From assembly GCF_018350175.1 (NCBI RefSeq), contig NC_058368.1:155126001-155190000 (forward strand): DNA of 64,000 nucleotides, given 5' to 3'. Below the pieces are notes generated by a model. The model did no database searches, was not told where the DNA came from, and was given only the letters and a program-made list of their open reading frames with translations. Below are positions 1 to 13,570 of this stretch, piece after piece. The DNA comes from Felis catus (Eukaryota). Positions within the stretch are counted from its first letter, which is position 1. Each line of letters starts with the position of its first letter. A program made the position numbers and the translations under genes.

Positions 1-699
1 GCCTCAACAAGGACGCCATGACGCGATTGAGTGCTCCAGCTCCCTAGAAACTCTATACCCCAGTTTTGCAGAACAAGCTGTTGGAGGAGGCAAAAGGAGG
101 AAAGAACTTTTCTACCAGCTCCTATCGCCCATGGGTTAAACTATCACCCTATTAACTCCTTACACATTTCCCAGTTGCACACGTATAGACCTGAAGCACA
201 AGTCTGGCCACACAATACCCCATGCCTGGCAGTCAACACCTTGTGCAGGAGGAGAGAAGCCCACCCGGGCACCAGGAGGCTGCTCTCAGGTCGCACCTGC
301 CTGAAGTTAGCCCGAGTCTATTTAGAGCTGGCTGCTGCAGTGGAGGCTGAAACAAGACCACAGAGACAGAGTGCATGAAGTGGAGCCCACCCAGTGTTTA
401 CACCGAGCCTGACTGGTGAAACAAACATGCAATCAGAATGATTTGTGAAAATTAAAACAACCTTCATTCATCACTCTGTAGTCAGAACTATTCACTAAGA
501 ATTTATCTGTGAGATAAGAGATGTAAACCCAGGTAAAATTAATTTAAGTTTCCACAATTGTCATCCACTCAATAAATAATTTGCTTTGGGTCCTAACCAT
601 GCTACATGCCCAAATCCCAATTCATTTAATGCTGCAATTCACTGATCTTACCACTCTTTCAGGTCTCTTACTTTCCTCATGTCCTTCTCCCTTCTTACT

Positions 700-2020
700 T
701 TGGATTCCATACTCCATTGTTACCAGTATTCACTTACACGTATCAACTCCCTCACTGTTCTCTCCGGAGCCCTGTGAGACAACAGAAGCAAGAGAGGAGA
801 ATTTCACTGAGCTCTCACTGCTGCAACCCCACACCTTCCTGCAAATTATTCCTACTTCTGCCTTTCTGCCTGTTTCTGTGGGTGAATGGTCTGTTCTTAT
901 GAGTGCCCTGCCCCTCTCCCCTTCTCCAGTTCCATCTCCTCTTGCCTACTAAGAGAAATTGCCCCAGTATCTATTTTCTCTTTCCCCTACCTTATCAATT
1001 TTTCCTTCTCCGCTGGATCAATTTACAGTATACAGACATACTATAGTGTTCTGGCCTTTAAAATACCCTCTTAGGAAAGTGGGTGATGGGCACTGAGAAG
1101 GGCACCTGTTGGGATGAGCACTGGGTGTTGTATGGAAACCAATTTGACAATAAATTATATAAAAAATTTAAAAAAATAAAATAGCCTCTTGATCACATCT
1201 AGCCCAAAAGACCACACCTTGCTAGTTAACAACCCATTTCTCCGCTCCTCTTGACAGAATTCCTCCACAGCTTCTTCTCCCCACGTTCTCCCTTGAACCT
1301 CCTCCCATATGCCTTTATCCATAAGTCTTCATCAAATCTTCGCTTCTCAAGGTCGTTAATGATTACCACACTGATGAATGCGATGGTCATTTACTAGTTC
1401 TCATCTTCAACATCAACCAGCATTTGACACAGACGATCTTTCCTCTTTTTAAATTTTTTTGTGTTGCTGTTTTGTTTTTTTTTCCATGTGGCTTCTGGGG
1501 CCACATCCCCTGAAAATTTCTCTTCTCTTTCACTGTCTGTTCCTTCTCATTCTCTTTGTTGACTCTTCTTCATCTCTCCAACCTCTCAATTTTGGATAGC
1601 CTCAGGCCTCAATTTTGTGCCTTCTTTTCTCTATATGCACTCAGACTTTAGGTAACCTCATCCAGTTTTCATGGTTGTAATTTACCATCTATTCCTGAAG
1701 ATCTCCAAGTGTGATATCTCCAGTCTTGACCTCCTCCCTGAATCCCAGATTCACATATCTGGCCGCCTGTATGACATCTCTAGAAGTGTCTAAAAGGCAT
1801 CTTACACTTAATGTGTCAGGAACACAATTCCTGGTTCCCTCTTATCTTCATCTCCCCAAAAGTCAACTCCTCCCCATCTGAACAATGGTTTTGTGAGACA
1901 AAAATCTAGTAGTTATCCCTGTTTGCCTCTCCTCTTTATATCTCATAGGTCATCTGTCAGCAAATTTTATCTGCTCAACTTTCAGAATATAACGAAATCT
2001 GAGCACTTCTCACAAAGTCC
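700..2020 (+). mobile_element. Degraded L2 LINE fragment, interrupted by a young L1 3' piece
   Basis: Pyrimidine-rich sequence with L2-like motifs (ctcaaggtcgttaatga...cagcatttgacac; acttaatgtgtc; ctcaactttcagaatat). Boundaries approximate. Confidence 0.7.
1073..1177 (+). mobile_element. 5'-truncated felid L1 3'-UTR fragment with A-rich tail
   Basis: gggcacctgttgggatgagcactgggtgttgtatggaaaccaatttgacaataaa closely matches the copy at 41.3 kb. TSD aaaata(c/g)cctctt at 1060-1072 and 1178-1190. Confidence 0.93.
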
Positions 2021-2481
2021 CCATGAATGAGTTAAATCAATTGTTAAGAGCAAAAGATGAGCAAGAAAAGAACAATAGATATTCATTAAATTTCTTCATA
2101 CAGTTTTTAATGGTTCTTGAAAAACCTCACTTGACTTTGTCAAAGTGAGAAATCCAAATGATTCAGGAAACCACATGGTTTTTGTTTATAAATTTCGTAA
2201 GTAAATCTAACAGACAAAATTGAATTTTTTTACTCTGAATCATTAAAACCCCAGTTTATACTTAATATACATGTGAATTTCTTGAACTACCTTAAATACT
2301 ACTGTGAGAGCACAAAATGGGAAAAGAGTGGAAATTAAATAGGGTTGGGATTCTTCAAGGTGTCTCTGATGGTAGGAGAGAAGACCACAAGCAAGGGAGT
2401 GATTATATTGCATAGAATGTCACGTGGGAAAGGAAAGGGATATTTCAGTCAGTCGCTACAGCACCAAAAATTTAAATTTTA

Positions 2482-2672
2482 GGGGTGCCTGGGTGGCTCA
2501 AGCAGTTGAGCATCCAACTTGATTTCAGCTCAGGTCACAATTTCATGGTGTGTGAGATCGAGCCCCAAGTAGGACTCTGTGCTGACAGCACGGAGCCTGC
2601 TTGGGATTCTCTCTCTCCCTACCTCTTCTGCTCACACATGCGCTCTCGCTCTAAAAATATATAAACATTTTT
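2482..2672 (+). mobile_element. Can-SINE (older SINEC_Fc2-like)
   Basis: ggggtgcctgggtggctca head, ttgatttcagctcaggtcac, gcttgggattctctctc, A/T-rich tail. Confidence 0.93.
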
Positions 2673-3129
2673 TTAATTCCAATTTTAATTTACATCCTGG
2701 ATAAATCAAAAAGTATATTTTTTAAAGAGGGGATAAATGATGTCAATTAATTAATATGACCTCTGTTTACATCCCAATTCTGAAAATAAAAATGATTGCA
2801 TTTAGTAATGCAATTCCATGACAAAAATTTCTAAATACATAAATTTTAAGAGATGGTAAAGAAAACCAACCTCATTAACATTGGGCTAAACTTCAAACCA
2901 GTAAGTTGAGCTTCCCTGCCTCAGGAAGTTTCCATTTAGACAGTCTCATAAATGACATTGTTGCATAAGAGCCCCATAATAGTGAAGTTCCAATGGAGAT
3001 TTATCTTTTTTTTTTTAAATTGCAATGTAGCATTAAATGAAACCAGATGTGAATCTGCAGTCCAATTAGATTCCATGTGCAAATCCAGACAAAGTCCCCA
3101 TGGGCATATGGCAGACAAAATATACCCAA

Positions 3130-4390
3130 GGACAGCTCAGCTAACGCCTCCACCTTCACCAAGTCAGTCATACCTGATGGTATATTCTTCCTAATGTTCT
3201 CATCATCACAACATAAACAAGCTCTATCCTTTTTCCCATCTTCTTTCCAAATACAACAGACTCTAAGTCCTCATTCCTCTTTAAAGTCAACCGGATGTTA
3301 TCCTTTCTCATAGCCTGGGGGTCCTGTTACCAGACTTATTCTATTTTCCCCCAAATCTCTAACTTTCCTCACGCTTTACTGGTTCTTTCCCATCTACCTT
3401 CAAATCAACAGGAACCTGAAAAGCCATTTTAAACAAATATGCCCTGGACCTCAAGATTTATTCCAATTACTACTGTTTTTTCTTTTCTTCTTTTTGCCGT
3501 TCTCAAGTGAGTGATCTCAACTCCTTGTTTCAATTTCTGCAATCTCCTATGAAATTATTTTCCTACTACAGTGTCCCTAAAATGCCTCTACCTGATAATA
3601 CAGGCTCTCTCTTTCTGAGTAACTGTAGTGGTCTTTCCTCAATGCTCCCATCAGGCTGAGCTTCTGAGCCACCCATGGCCCTGGGGATTCATGTCTCCAC
3701 ACTGCAACAGCATGCTCCTCTTCCTACAGTTGAGATTGTCCCTGTCATCTCCCTCAGTGCTTCTCTCCCATTCCTTGTTTTACTTGTTGGTGTTTCCTGT
3801 AAGCTCGGTCCTTTTTTTCTGCTCAAGAACATTTCTACATTAGCTATAGCATATCCAGATTAAGAGTCCCATTTTCAACAATACAGGTCTGGGGACTTGT
3901 ATCTGAGTTATGAACTCATATCTCCCTGTGCCCACAGAGCACCATTTTCACAAATTTGACATGTCCAAAACCAAATTCATTTTTCTCTAATCCAGACTCT
4001 GTAAACCATATCAATATCAATACCAAAATTTGCTTCCACCTGCAGATTAAAGTCTTAGAATCATATATGAGCTCTCTTCCTTTTATGCCAGTACTCAATC
4101 TCTGATCGAGTTATTTTAGACCATTATTTACAATAAAAATGATGACAAAAACTAAGACATACATATACAATGCCTTGTACACATTTCATCATTTCAGTTC
4201 CTAACTAGGTCCCAGTCTTAGTCCACCTTAACTAGAACCTTTTGCAATGAAATTACTAAACAATTTCCTTTCTTCCTCCAGTTTTCCTTCCCTACCCGCT
4301 CACTTCCAATCCATCCTTCCATATACTGCCAAATAAATATTTTAATCCTGGCCATAGCTTTCAAATGTTTATTATCATTTGTATGAATTG
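3130..4390 (+). mobile_element. Degraded L2 fragment
   Basis: Pyrimidine-rich L2-like motifs such as atttgacatgtccaaaaccaaattc and caatccatccttccatatactgccaaa. Confidence 0.55.
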
Positions 4391-4399
4391 TTGATAGGC

Positions 4400-6700
4400 C
4401 AGAGATGCACATATGCTTCAGATTTACAGTCTAAGTATCACTGATGGTATGTTTTTTCTTACAGATCATGAACTATTGATTGTAAAGATAAAAATGTCAA
4501 GCTTTAAGGTCTTTCAGGACCTTCATGTTGGTCACAATAATTTTGGTGTGGGCTGTAGTGGCAATCAATCCCAAAATCTTCGTGCTTTTAAGCACATATT
4601 AGAATTTTGGGGAACTAATAACTGTCACTGTGGGTTGGATACCTTCCCGATACTTAACTTTGTCATATTTTGTTATTAAAGTTCACTAGATTCATAAAGT
4701 GATTTGAGAAATGTTCTCTTTGTGTGCTCTCAATCAGCTTCTATATTACGGGAATTTTTAATCATCGGGACTTTAAACACACGAATGATCAAACTTTATT
4801 TAAAATGTTTTTTCAACAGTTGTAGGTGCGCTTAAAATTTCCACCTTTTTTGAGACCGGTTTTGAAAACTTATGTACTGTTGGGAACTTACATATTTTGT
4901 TGAGACTTTTTAAATTCATTAGCAGAGTGGTATATACAACTCTCTTAAAATGTTTAAACTTTTCCATCTATTGATATATGCCCTTTTAAAATTATGAACT
5001 TTTACATTTAGCTTTCCCTTTCTTTTCTTCTTGCTTGGATATGCCAGAAGTGTTTTTATTAGTTATTATTCTGCCTTTTTTATTGTTTTTATTTCTTAAA
5101 AATAAATTACTTATCAAAGCATATTTTTCTTCCTGAGTTTCTTATATTTGCTTTATTGTTTTTCATCAAACTTTTTGGGTTAAATATTAAATTACTTGAT
5201 TTTCACTCTTTGTTGTTTAATAAACAAGTAACTCCTGGCTATAAATGTGCCTTCAAGCCATGACTTTGGAAACATCACAGAGAGGTCAATTTAGAAATTC
5301 TCCTTGTCTCTCTAAACACACTATCTAAAGTCTGTAGTATTACTTTAACCTAAGAGCTCTTTAACAAAATGATTTATTTTGCTTTTAATATCCAAGTAGT
5401 TTGAATTTTTTGTTTAGACTTTTGCAATTAAGTTTTCATTTCGTTGTAATGCCATTAAAAACTATAGCTTACAATTTCTACTCCTTGCTTTTACTTAAGA
5501 TTTTGAGAGTTTATGGGTATGATCACTTTTTGTAAACATTTCTGAAGCATTTGCAAAGAAAATATTGTTTCTATAGACTACAGAGCTTTTACACAGATGC
5601 GTATATATTTTTATAAAACTTTATAGTATATGTATACATACCATATATCATGTTTAAATAAAAATAATGACATAGGTACAATTATGTTGATCACATTCTT
5701 TCAAGTCCATCAGTCCTTATTTATTTTTTGACTTTTTGATATGTCAAAGACGAGTAATAGTATGTGATAAAGCATCCCATTACAATTGCATTTCTGTCAG
5801 TCTTTCCATGTACTTCTAACTGTTTATGCTGTGTGTAGTTCAATATTGTCTTTTTAGTTACATAATGTTTCATGACTGATGTAACTTTTTTGTGGACATT
5901 AGCTTTTATCAATATAAAAGCATCACATTACATGCTTTTTGTTCTTGAATTCTATTTCATATTCAAGTTACATCACTTACTCTGTTCTTTTTTTTTTTTT
6001 TGTAAGTCTGCTATATCTTTGTCCATAACTTTTTACTAGGCATTATATTTCATGCTGTTTTAGATGTGATCTAAACAATTTTTTTGTAGAAGGCTGTAAC
6101 CAGTCTAAATTTTGTTCTTTATAAATAACATAGTTTTTTGCTAATATACCTGAGAGTTATGCTCAATTTTTAGAATATAATAATTTTACCAATATATACA
6201 TAATAAAAGCAGTATTGCCCAGTACCTTGTGAGCTATTTCTATATGTAAAAAAAATCAGATCTTATTTTTGCTAATGAATCTTCTTCTGTTACATCTTTG
6301 CTTATTACTTCTGTTCACTTATTCTGTTCTTTTTTAATATATGTAGATTAAAACATAAAGCTCTGCCCATTCATTTTCAATTATCTCTATTTTTCCTGAA
6401 GTTTTAACATTTTATCACATCTATTTTTTCATTTTTATTTTGTTAATTTTATTTTCTTTCTGTTAATTTTCTGTAGCCTGCTTTCCTGAAGTTACTATCT
6501 AATAGCTATTTGTTTCAGACCTATACAATAGTTCTGCATCTCATTTTTCTTTTGTTTTCATAATTACTTGATAGTCTAGTATATGTTTTATTGAAACTCA
6601 TTGGAAACAGGAATCAAAAATTTTCTAAAATTTTCCCTTGTCTCTGACCATAGATGTACTAAAGAGAACATATCTTCTATCCTGATTCTACAGGCAGTTC
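4400..6700 (-). mobile_element. Ancient L1 (L1M/L1ME-like), antisense
   Basis: T-rich. The minus-strand translation near 5721-5912 (…LEVHGKTDRNAIVMGCF…) resembles degenerate L1 ORF2 endonuclease. Confidence 0.65.
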
Positions 6701-6899
6701 CCTGCTTTTGATCTCAAGTAACTGGCTATAATATTTATTGCCTCAGGTAATAATCTATTTAATACCAGCCTTCTACAGGAAAGAGCCTCAGGGTTATGGT
6801 CTCATGGATGATGTGGCCATCCTGCCCACATCCTGACTTCACTTTTTAGAACTATGAAAGATAAAGAAGAATGCATTAGCAGACCTGAGAATATTGGTA

Positions 6900-8850
6900 A
6901 CACCAGAAGAAAACAATGGAATGTTCAAAGGAATGAAGATAATATTTGACCAAGATGTCACAGTGAGTATACATCTCTTTCTCCCGTCTCACCTAAAGTC
7001 CCTGTAAAGATAGAAAAACACTTCCTAAAATGTATTGATATACATCAGTGAAAATGAGAATGTCATTAATAGACTAGAAATTCTCAGGAATTACTGAGAA
7101 ACAGACCATAACCAATCACATACACAAAAAAGAAAAGCAATCCCAGGGTGCTCTGGACTCAGAAACTAAGGTTCTTGGAATATCATGAAGTTGATTGTCC
7201 ACTGCCCAGAACCGTGGGCAACAGAGGTGTTTACGTGGAAGCTGCAACAGCACAATGAATAAATGTGCTAGGTCTGAAAAGGCAGCACATTAGCCCAGAT
7301 AGCTAGCAAAGTCCAGGAAAAATGGAAATTTCTTATCTCTAGAACTTGCATACCCTGTGCAACAGTATGTATGGTTTCTCCCCTAGAATCACCAGAGACC
7401 ATGTATAGATTGTGAGCAAAGATATTTAAGCACGAAGATGAGCAGCAAGATAATCACCAAATATTTGAAGAAGCCATCAGCATGGTGGAGAAAGACAATA
7501 AAATCATCAAAGAATAACAGCTGAAAATTAACCGTTTGCATAGCAGAGGAAATATGTCAAACATACATACTTGATATATTTAGAGAACTTCAAAAAGATA
7601 TTTCATACACAAAATAGAAACAATGACCTTGGAAATTTTAAACATGACTGTCAAAAAATTTTAAGCAATAATTTTGAAAGCTAAATGAAATGAAAATGTG
7701 GCTCAAGAATAAATTCACATACTGGAAGAACGACCTAAAAGACTCTTTAAAAACTTGATACAAATAACACCATAACCCCCCCCCCCAAATCTAAGACACA
7801 TAAATGATAAATGTCAAAGTTTCAATATCCATCACACTAGATTTATAGAAGGAAAAACAAACACAAAGAAGGAAAAGAAATAATCAAGAAAATTATATAA
7901 GAAAATTTCCCAGAGCTTAAAAAAAAAATAGACACATACCTTTGGGTCTACCTAGGGCTCAAAAGAACAAAAGAAAAGAGATATACATGAAGACAATTCC
8001 AAGTAGGGTTTCAGCACCCAAAAAGAAAAGGAAAATCCTAAAGTTTCCACAGAGAAGTAACCAGGTGACTTACAAAGGAATGAGACCCAGTATATTTGTA
8101 TCAGATTTCTTATCAACAACTTATTCTAGAAGACAATGGATGAATGCTTTCAAATAACAGGAAGGACATTTCTTTAAACGTAATCCTTGACCCAGCTAAA
8201 TTTTTAATCAGTTATAAAAGGAAAATAACAGCTTATTCGGAAAAGCAAAGGCTCAGAAAATCCACCACCCTCATATACTTTCTAAAAATAACTACTTGAG
8301 AATGTTCTATTTTATACCAATGAAAACTTCAGTAAAACAGATTACAAAATGACCTAAAACAGTGAAAAAAAGGAGTAGAAACCCAAAAGAGAATAATTAC
8401 TATAGAAGAAAGTATTAAAGATTATGCCTAAAATGGTAGCAAAACCAGATGACTTTATGGAAAAGTTTTAGTAAATACTTCCCAGAACAGATAATCCCCA
8501 TGAGCAAAGAAAAATAGAAAAATGTGGAAGTCTGCCCAACATAGTCTTCAAGGCTAGCAAAGCCCTGATACTAAAAATTGGACAAGGATAAGACAATAAA
8601 ATAAAACTGTAGTCTAATTTCATTTATTACATAAATTCAAGAATTATTAATAAGTGAATCCCACAGTCTAGCCACAAAATAAAACATTGTTATCAAATAA
8701 AATTTGTCATAGAAATGAAAGGCTGATGTAACCCTAGGAACCTAATTTAATACAGTAATTCAGTACAAGAAGTGGATTAAAGGAAGAAAATATGATAATC
8801 TCCATTGATGCCAAAAATTTTTCATAAAATTCAACCCCATTACTGATTTA
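6900..8850 (+). mobile_element. Ancient L1/HAL1-like element: ORF1 remnant followed by an ORF2 RT remnant
   Basis: ORF1-like stretches (gaaaatttcccagag; KILK…QVTYKG…SDFLS…RRQWMNAFK) and an RT-like stretch at 8520-8850 (tgataatctccattgatgccaaaaa…ataaaattcaacc). Confidence 0.7.
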
Positions 8851-9388
8851 AAGTGGTGATTAGATGCTCTGTTACTGTGAAATTCTATCATCCCCAAGGA
8901 AAACAAGAAGTCCATCTTCATTGGAACATACCCATCAGGAACCCCACTTACAGAGGACAGCCATGAACCGATTTTCTGAAGAATTATGGTATTCCTTCAC
9001 CATTGTGTTTTTCAATGCCTCATTGAAGAGAATGTTTTCTGGCCCTACTTGATAAATATAATTAAAGAATGTGTGAGCAGTTATACATAATTCCACTACA
9101 ACATTTCTATCCAAACAATTATTTTTATCTCTTCCTCTACAAAATATTGAAGCATTTCTGGTACTCCACCTCATGTAATGTAAGCCAACACAAAGAAGAG
9201 AGAGTCAATCATCAGAACAAGCTATGAGAATGATTCTCTGCTACTTTGCATATTGGTAAGTCTCCTGTGCCTTGCCTTGTGGTTATTTGGTACCACCCCC
9301 TGACCAGAAAGCAAACTCTACTGAGAGAACAGAACACCTCCTTACACTTAAACATGTACATCCCTTGTAATATTTAAAACAGTATCTT

Positions 9389-9526
9389 AGGGGTGCCTGG
9401 GTGTTTCAGTCAGTTAAGTGTCCGACTTCGGCTCAGGTCATGATCTTGTAGCTCATGAGTATGAGCCTCACATTAGGATCTGTGCTAACAGCTCAGAGCC
9501 TAGAGCCTGCTTCACATTGTGTGTGT

Positions 9527-9565
<39 letters not shown>

Positions 9566-9597
9566 TCAAAAACAAATAAACATTAAATAATAATTAA
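9389..9597 (+). mobile_element. Can-SINE with an internal (TG)n microsatellite
   Basis: Typical head and body. Perfect 13-bp TSD aaaacagtatctt at 9376-9388 and 9598-9610. Confidence 0.95.
9518..9564. repeat. (TG)n microsatellite with one interruption
   Basis: Read directly from the sequence. Confidence 0.97.
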
Positions 9598-11899
9598 AAA
9601 ACAGTATCTTGTACATCCCAAATATTAATGATTCATTTTTATTAACTTAATTTTAAAAAGTAATAATAAATAAAAGCTTGATCCACACCTTACATCACAT
9701 AGAAATTAAACCTTTAAAACAATTTTAAGAAACAAGAAATAAATACTTTAAGAAAAAAAAATTTTATGTATTTAACTTTATTTTAACCCAATGGACAAAA
9801 AGGGAACATTTGTTTTCCTCATTTAATTACATTTAACTTAGTTTTAAGGCCTGAGTAAACCTTTTCTCTGCGTTTTAGGACCTTCCCATCTTCCAACAAG
9901 AACAAGCTTTCTTTGTCAGTGTATTGGCCGCTTTCTAAGAGCCGTAACGTGTAAAGTGAGATACAGAGTGGAACCCTAGATACCTGGAAAAATTAATACC
10001 TAATTCCTTAACACTCACCAACTGTAAGCTACGTAGTTGCCATTGCACAAAAGGACATTTCCATTATCAGAAATAATGAAGCATATTTCCCCAGTACCCA
10101 CTCGGCTCGGGTAATACATCTGAGGCTTTGTGGTAGAAATTAATGATCTCAGTAGTACTCCAGTGGCCTGGAATCCTTAATGAACATCCCTAAACACTTT
10201 ACCTAACGCTGATAACAGACATGGGCACTGTGGGGAAAAAGAAGCCCATAATTACTCAGCTTTTTATTTAAATCATCTTACAAGTTGTTTAGTCTCTCTT
10301 TACATAATTTGGAGTATAGATTTCATTCCTGAACCGGTCTTGGTGTTAAAGACACCACATACCCTGACACCCGTGGACAGGCAGGGAAGAATAGGTATAG
10401 AGAAAGTATCCCTGTGCCCAGTAGCTCAAGTTCCGTGTGAGAAATGAGTCTTTAATTTACTGGAGCCAGTTTACAAGTCAGTGGCCATCCACCCAGTTCT
10501 GGTCTATCCAATGCTAATGGAAAATTATAATGAGCATTTGAATGGGCTAGAGCTCGACAGATAAGAAATCACTGTATAGTGAGAGTCATTTTACAAACTA
10601 CCTCCATCTCCAGAAAATTAGGCTGGCACACTTTCCTTCCTACCACCCCATTTTTTCAACTCGGTTTGGAAGTCACGGGGCAGAATCTGATTCATGCCAT
10701 TAACATCTCTTTGTTCTTGGTTCTACTGCTTTCACAAAAATGCTGTAGGCACTTCACTAAAATGACTAATTTACTGGAGAAGTTATCAGAGTCTGTTCAG
10801 TTTCAACTATAAAATAATTCGAGTAAGACAATGGTGCCTGCTAGCAGTCCATGGAGAAGGTTTGTCCCTGAAATGGTTTGACTCACCCCAACATTACTTA
10901 TCCATGAAGTTAAAGATCTCATCTGGAATGTCCTGTTCTTAATCTATTTGTCATTGTTGTTACGAATTAAGAAATGAAAACAGATCTTTTAAAAGGTAAA
11001 ACAAAGTCAAAACATTTTTCAGACTCAACTGAATTTTGCATCAGAAAATTTAAATATTTTAAACACTGTTCATGTTATATTTGGAAGCAAAATTACCTTC
11101 CCTGCAATGGTTTCAAAAGAAGTGCTTTGTTGTTTGTTCTGGTAAGTGTGAAATACTCAAGAATCCATGTATATATTCTTGTTTGCCATTTTTAATTTTT
11201 AGAAAACTGTTATTCATGACGAGCATAACAAGAAACACCAATAAGCTGAGGCTTAGAATGTAAATATAATAAGATAGAAATTGCCACGTTTGCCATTACT
11301 AAAACAGTGCTGGCTTACCAAGATGCATGCCCTTTCAGTGGATTCTGCTTAATAAACTATATTTTACGCTAACTCACCCAACACCAGTTGGAATTTTCTT
11401 CCAGTACTGAACTCTCAGACACTTCGTAACTGATTTTATCCATATGAAAAAGAGGAAATTTAGTTTTCAAATAGCCATTCATCCAATAGAATTATTGTTT
11501 CCTTACAACATTAAAAACAAAGGGATGAAATTAATTACTATAATAAATAGTAGGTGTGGAAACACTCAAACTTTTAGCATCTATCCTTCTAGAAAATTGC
11601 TACTTGAAAGGAAGTGAAGTAAAACGATAATGAAAGAAGACTAGAACGTAAACAGATAGATATGATAGAAGAATATCGAGACTAGAATAGTGACAGCATG
11701 CACTGCTTTCTGTCTCAAAATGTTTAATATTGTTTCTGTTGCTCCTCCCCCTAGTATTATAGAGCCCATGGAGGATTAGGAGAGATGAAACAGAAACATT
11801 GAAAGGGCTCAGAAATGTTAGCCCAAACATCAAAAGAGTGTAATTCCATAAAAAGCCCTCATGCCCTGAGCCCAGTCCCCAAGGTCAGCTTCAGCTCTT

Positions 11900-12325
11900 C
11901 CTCCTCCCCCACTTCCCTCATCCTTTGCAAAAATATTGAACTGTTTCAAATTCTCTAAGCACGACAGGCCTTCTCACATCTCCTTGCCTTTCAGAATTAT
12001 GTTTCCTCTTCCCTCCCTGCTTCTGATAAATTCCTGTTTGACTAAGTTTTAGCCCAAATATAACTTCCTCTGGGAATCTTTCTCTTACTGCCCCAGAAAA
12101 CCTAGATTCTCTTTCCTTTATGTTCCCACCATGTGTTATACAAGATACATTATTAGAAATGCTCTCATTTTACTCATCTTACCATAATTGTGTGCATATT
12201 TTCCTCCCCACTAAGCCCTTTTTTTGAGAGAAAGAATTATATCTGATTCAATTTTACATCCCTAACATTTTTTTTTACAGTGCCTGGCACGCTGTGGATG
12301 ATCAAGACATTTTTTTAAGAATAAA
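11900..12325 (+). mobile_element. L2 3' fragment
   Basis: Ends in cagtgcctggcac…aataaaatga, typical of the L2 3' end. Confidence 0.6.
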
Positions 12326-12499
12326 ATGAGAGAATTAAAATAACAAAGTTATGAATTCTGCCTGTAGTTTCATAAAGAATGTTTTGAAGTGGGAAATACA
12401 AAAGTATATATAAATAGGGTTTTTATGAGTATTTCTAAGTAGGGACTTCAAAATGGCAACTCTGCAAACAGTAAGAATTGTCATGAGACCAAAGTCAAT

Positions 12500-13150
12500 A
12501 CAGGAAGAAGGAAAGAGGTCACAAAACTGACCCATAGGAGCTCTACGTTTTACAAATTTTAGAGGTAAGTAAAGAAGGAGAAAGAGTCAACCACAAAAGA
12601 GGTAAGAATAATGCTGGGAATTGTCCAGGAAGCCAAGTAAAGATTTGTTCATGGGGGAAGAAATGGTCACCTCAGTGAAATGTTGCTAAGAAATAGAATA
12701 AAATTAGCACATAGACGTGTCCCCTGGACTGGACCATATGGAGACTTCTGGTGACTTTGACAAGAGCAATTTGTTTTCAGTGGTGGGATGAAAACTAGAT
12801 TAGATTAGAGATTAAATGGAAATGCAGACAGCACACACAATTAAATATTTGAGACGTTTGGTTTAGAAAGAGAAGAGAGAAATGGGAAGGCTTAGTCGAA
12901 AGAAACATGAAGCCAAGAAAGAAGTGTTTTTAGTACAGAAGATATAAATGATCCATTAGACAGGGAAAGATTGATATCACAGGAGACAAGAGATAACTAA
13001 AGAGACACGACTGTAAGTATTTGGGAGGAGATGGGGTCCGGAGCACAAGTAAAGATTTTGGCTGCTGGTCAGAGTAGGTTCACTCTACCCACAAAAGAGG
13101 GAAGAAGAAGCTGGGTGTGGAAGCAAGGAGGTTCCTAGAAATGTTAGCAG
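12500..13150 (-). mobile_element. L2 fragment, antisense
   Basis: Purine-rich; ggtgactttgacaagagcaatt and caggaagccaag are L2-like motifs. Confidence 0.6.
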
Positions 13151-13237
13151 AAAGATGAGAGTTAATTTCATGCCAAAGCTCAGAGTCCTATTTAACACCA
13201 TGTTCTTTAGCTCGTGTGGAAAGGCTGCCCTTTACAT

Positions 13238-13570
13238 TTGTGTCAATCAGGAAAGGCCATGTTTTTCAGGACTCACAAATTGCAAAATCTCAACAGCTAG
13301 CAATAACAAAGGTATGTTTCTCATTCACGTTATCATGTATGTCACAAGTCGGTCATAACCTGGCTCCACCATGTCCTTTATCTGGAACTTTGCTGATTGG
13401 CATGTAAAGAAAAAAAGAGAAGGGGCAAACTCTGCCCCTGGATCCTAAAGCTTCTGCCTGAAAGTGACACACCTCACTCCCACTCTTATTTCTTTGGCCA
13501 AAACGCATCAAAAGGCCATATGTGCATTAAACAGGCCAGAGCTATATAACCTTCCTGTAGGAAGACACTG
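13238..13570 (-). mobile_element. MaLR solo LTR (MLT1I/J-like)
   Basis: tgtgtcaatcagga…aaaatctcaacagct…acaaaggtatgtttctc…aaagcttctgcc…aagtgacacacctcactcc. Confidence 0.65.

Noticed and set aside
31..378. 115-aa ORF at the window start
   Set aside because: GTG start, no recognisable domain or supporting splice structure; consistent with chance.
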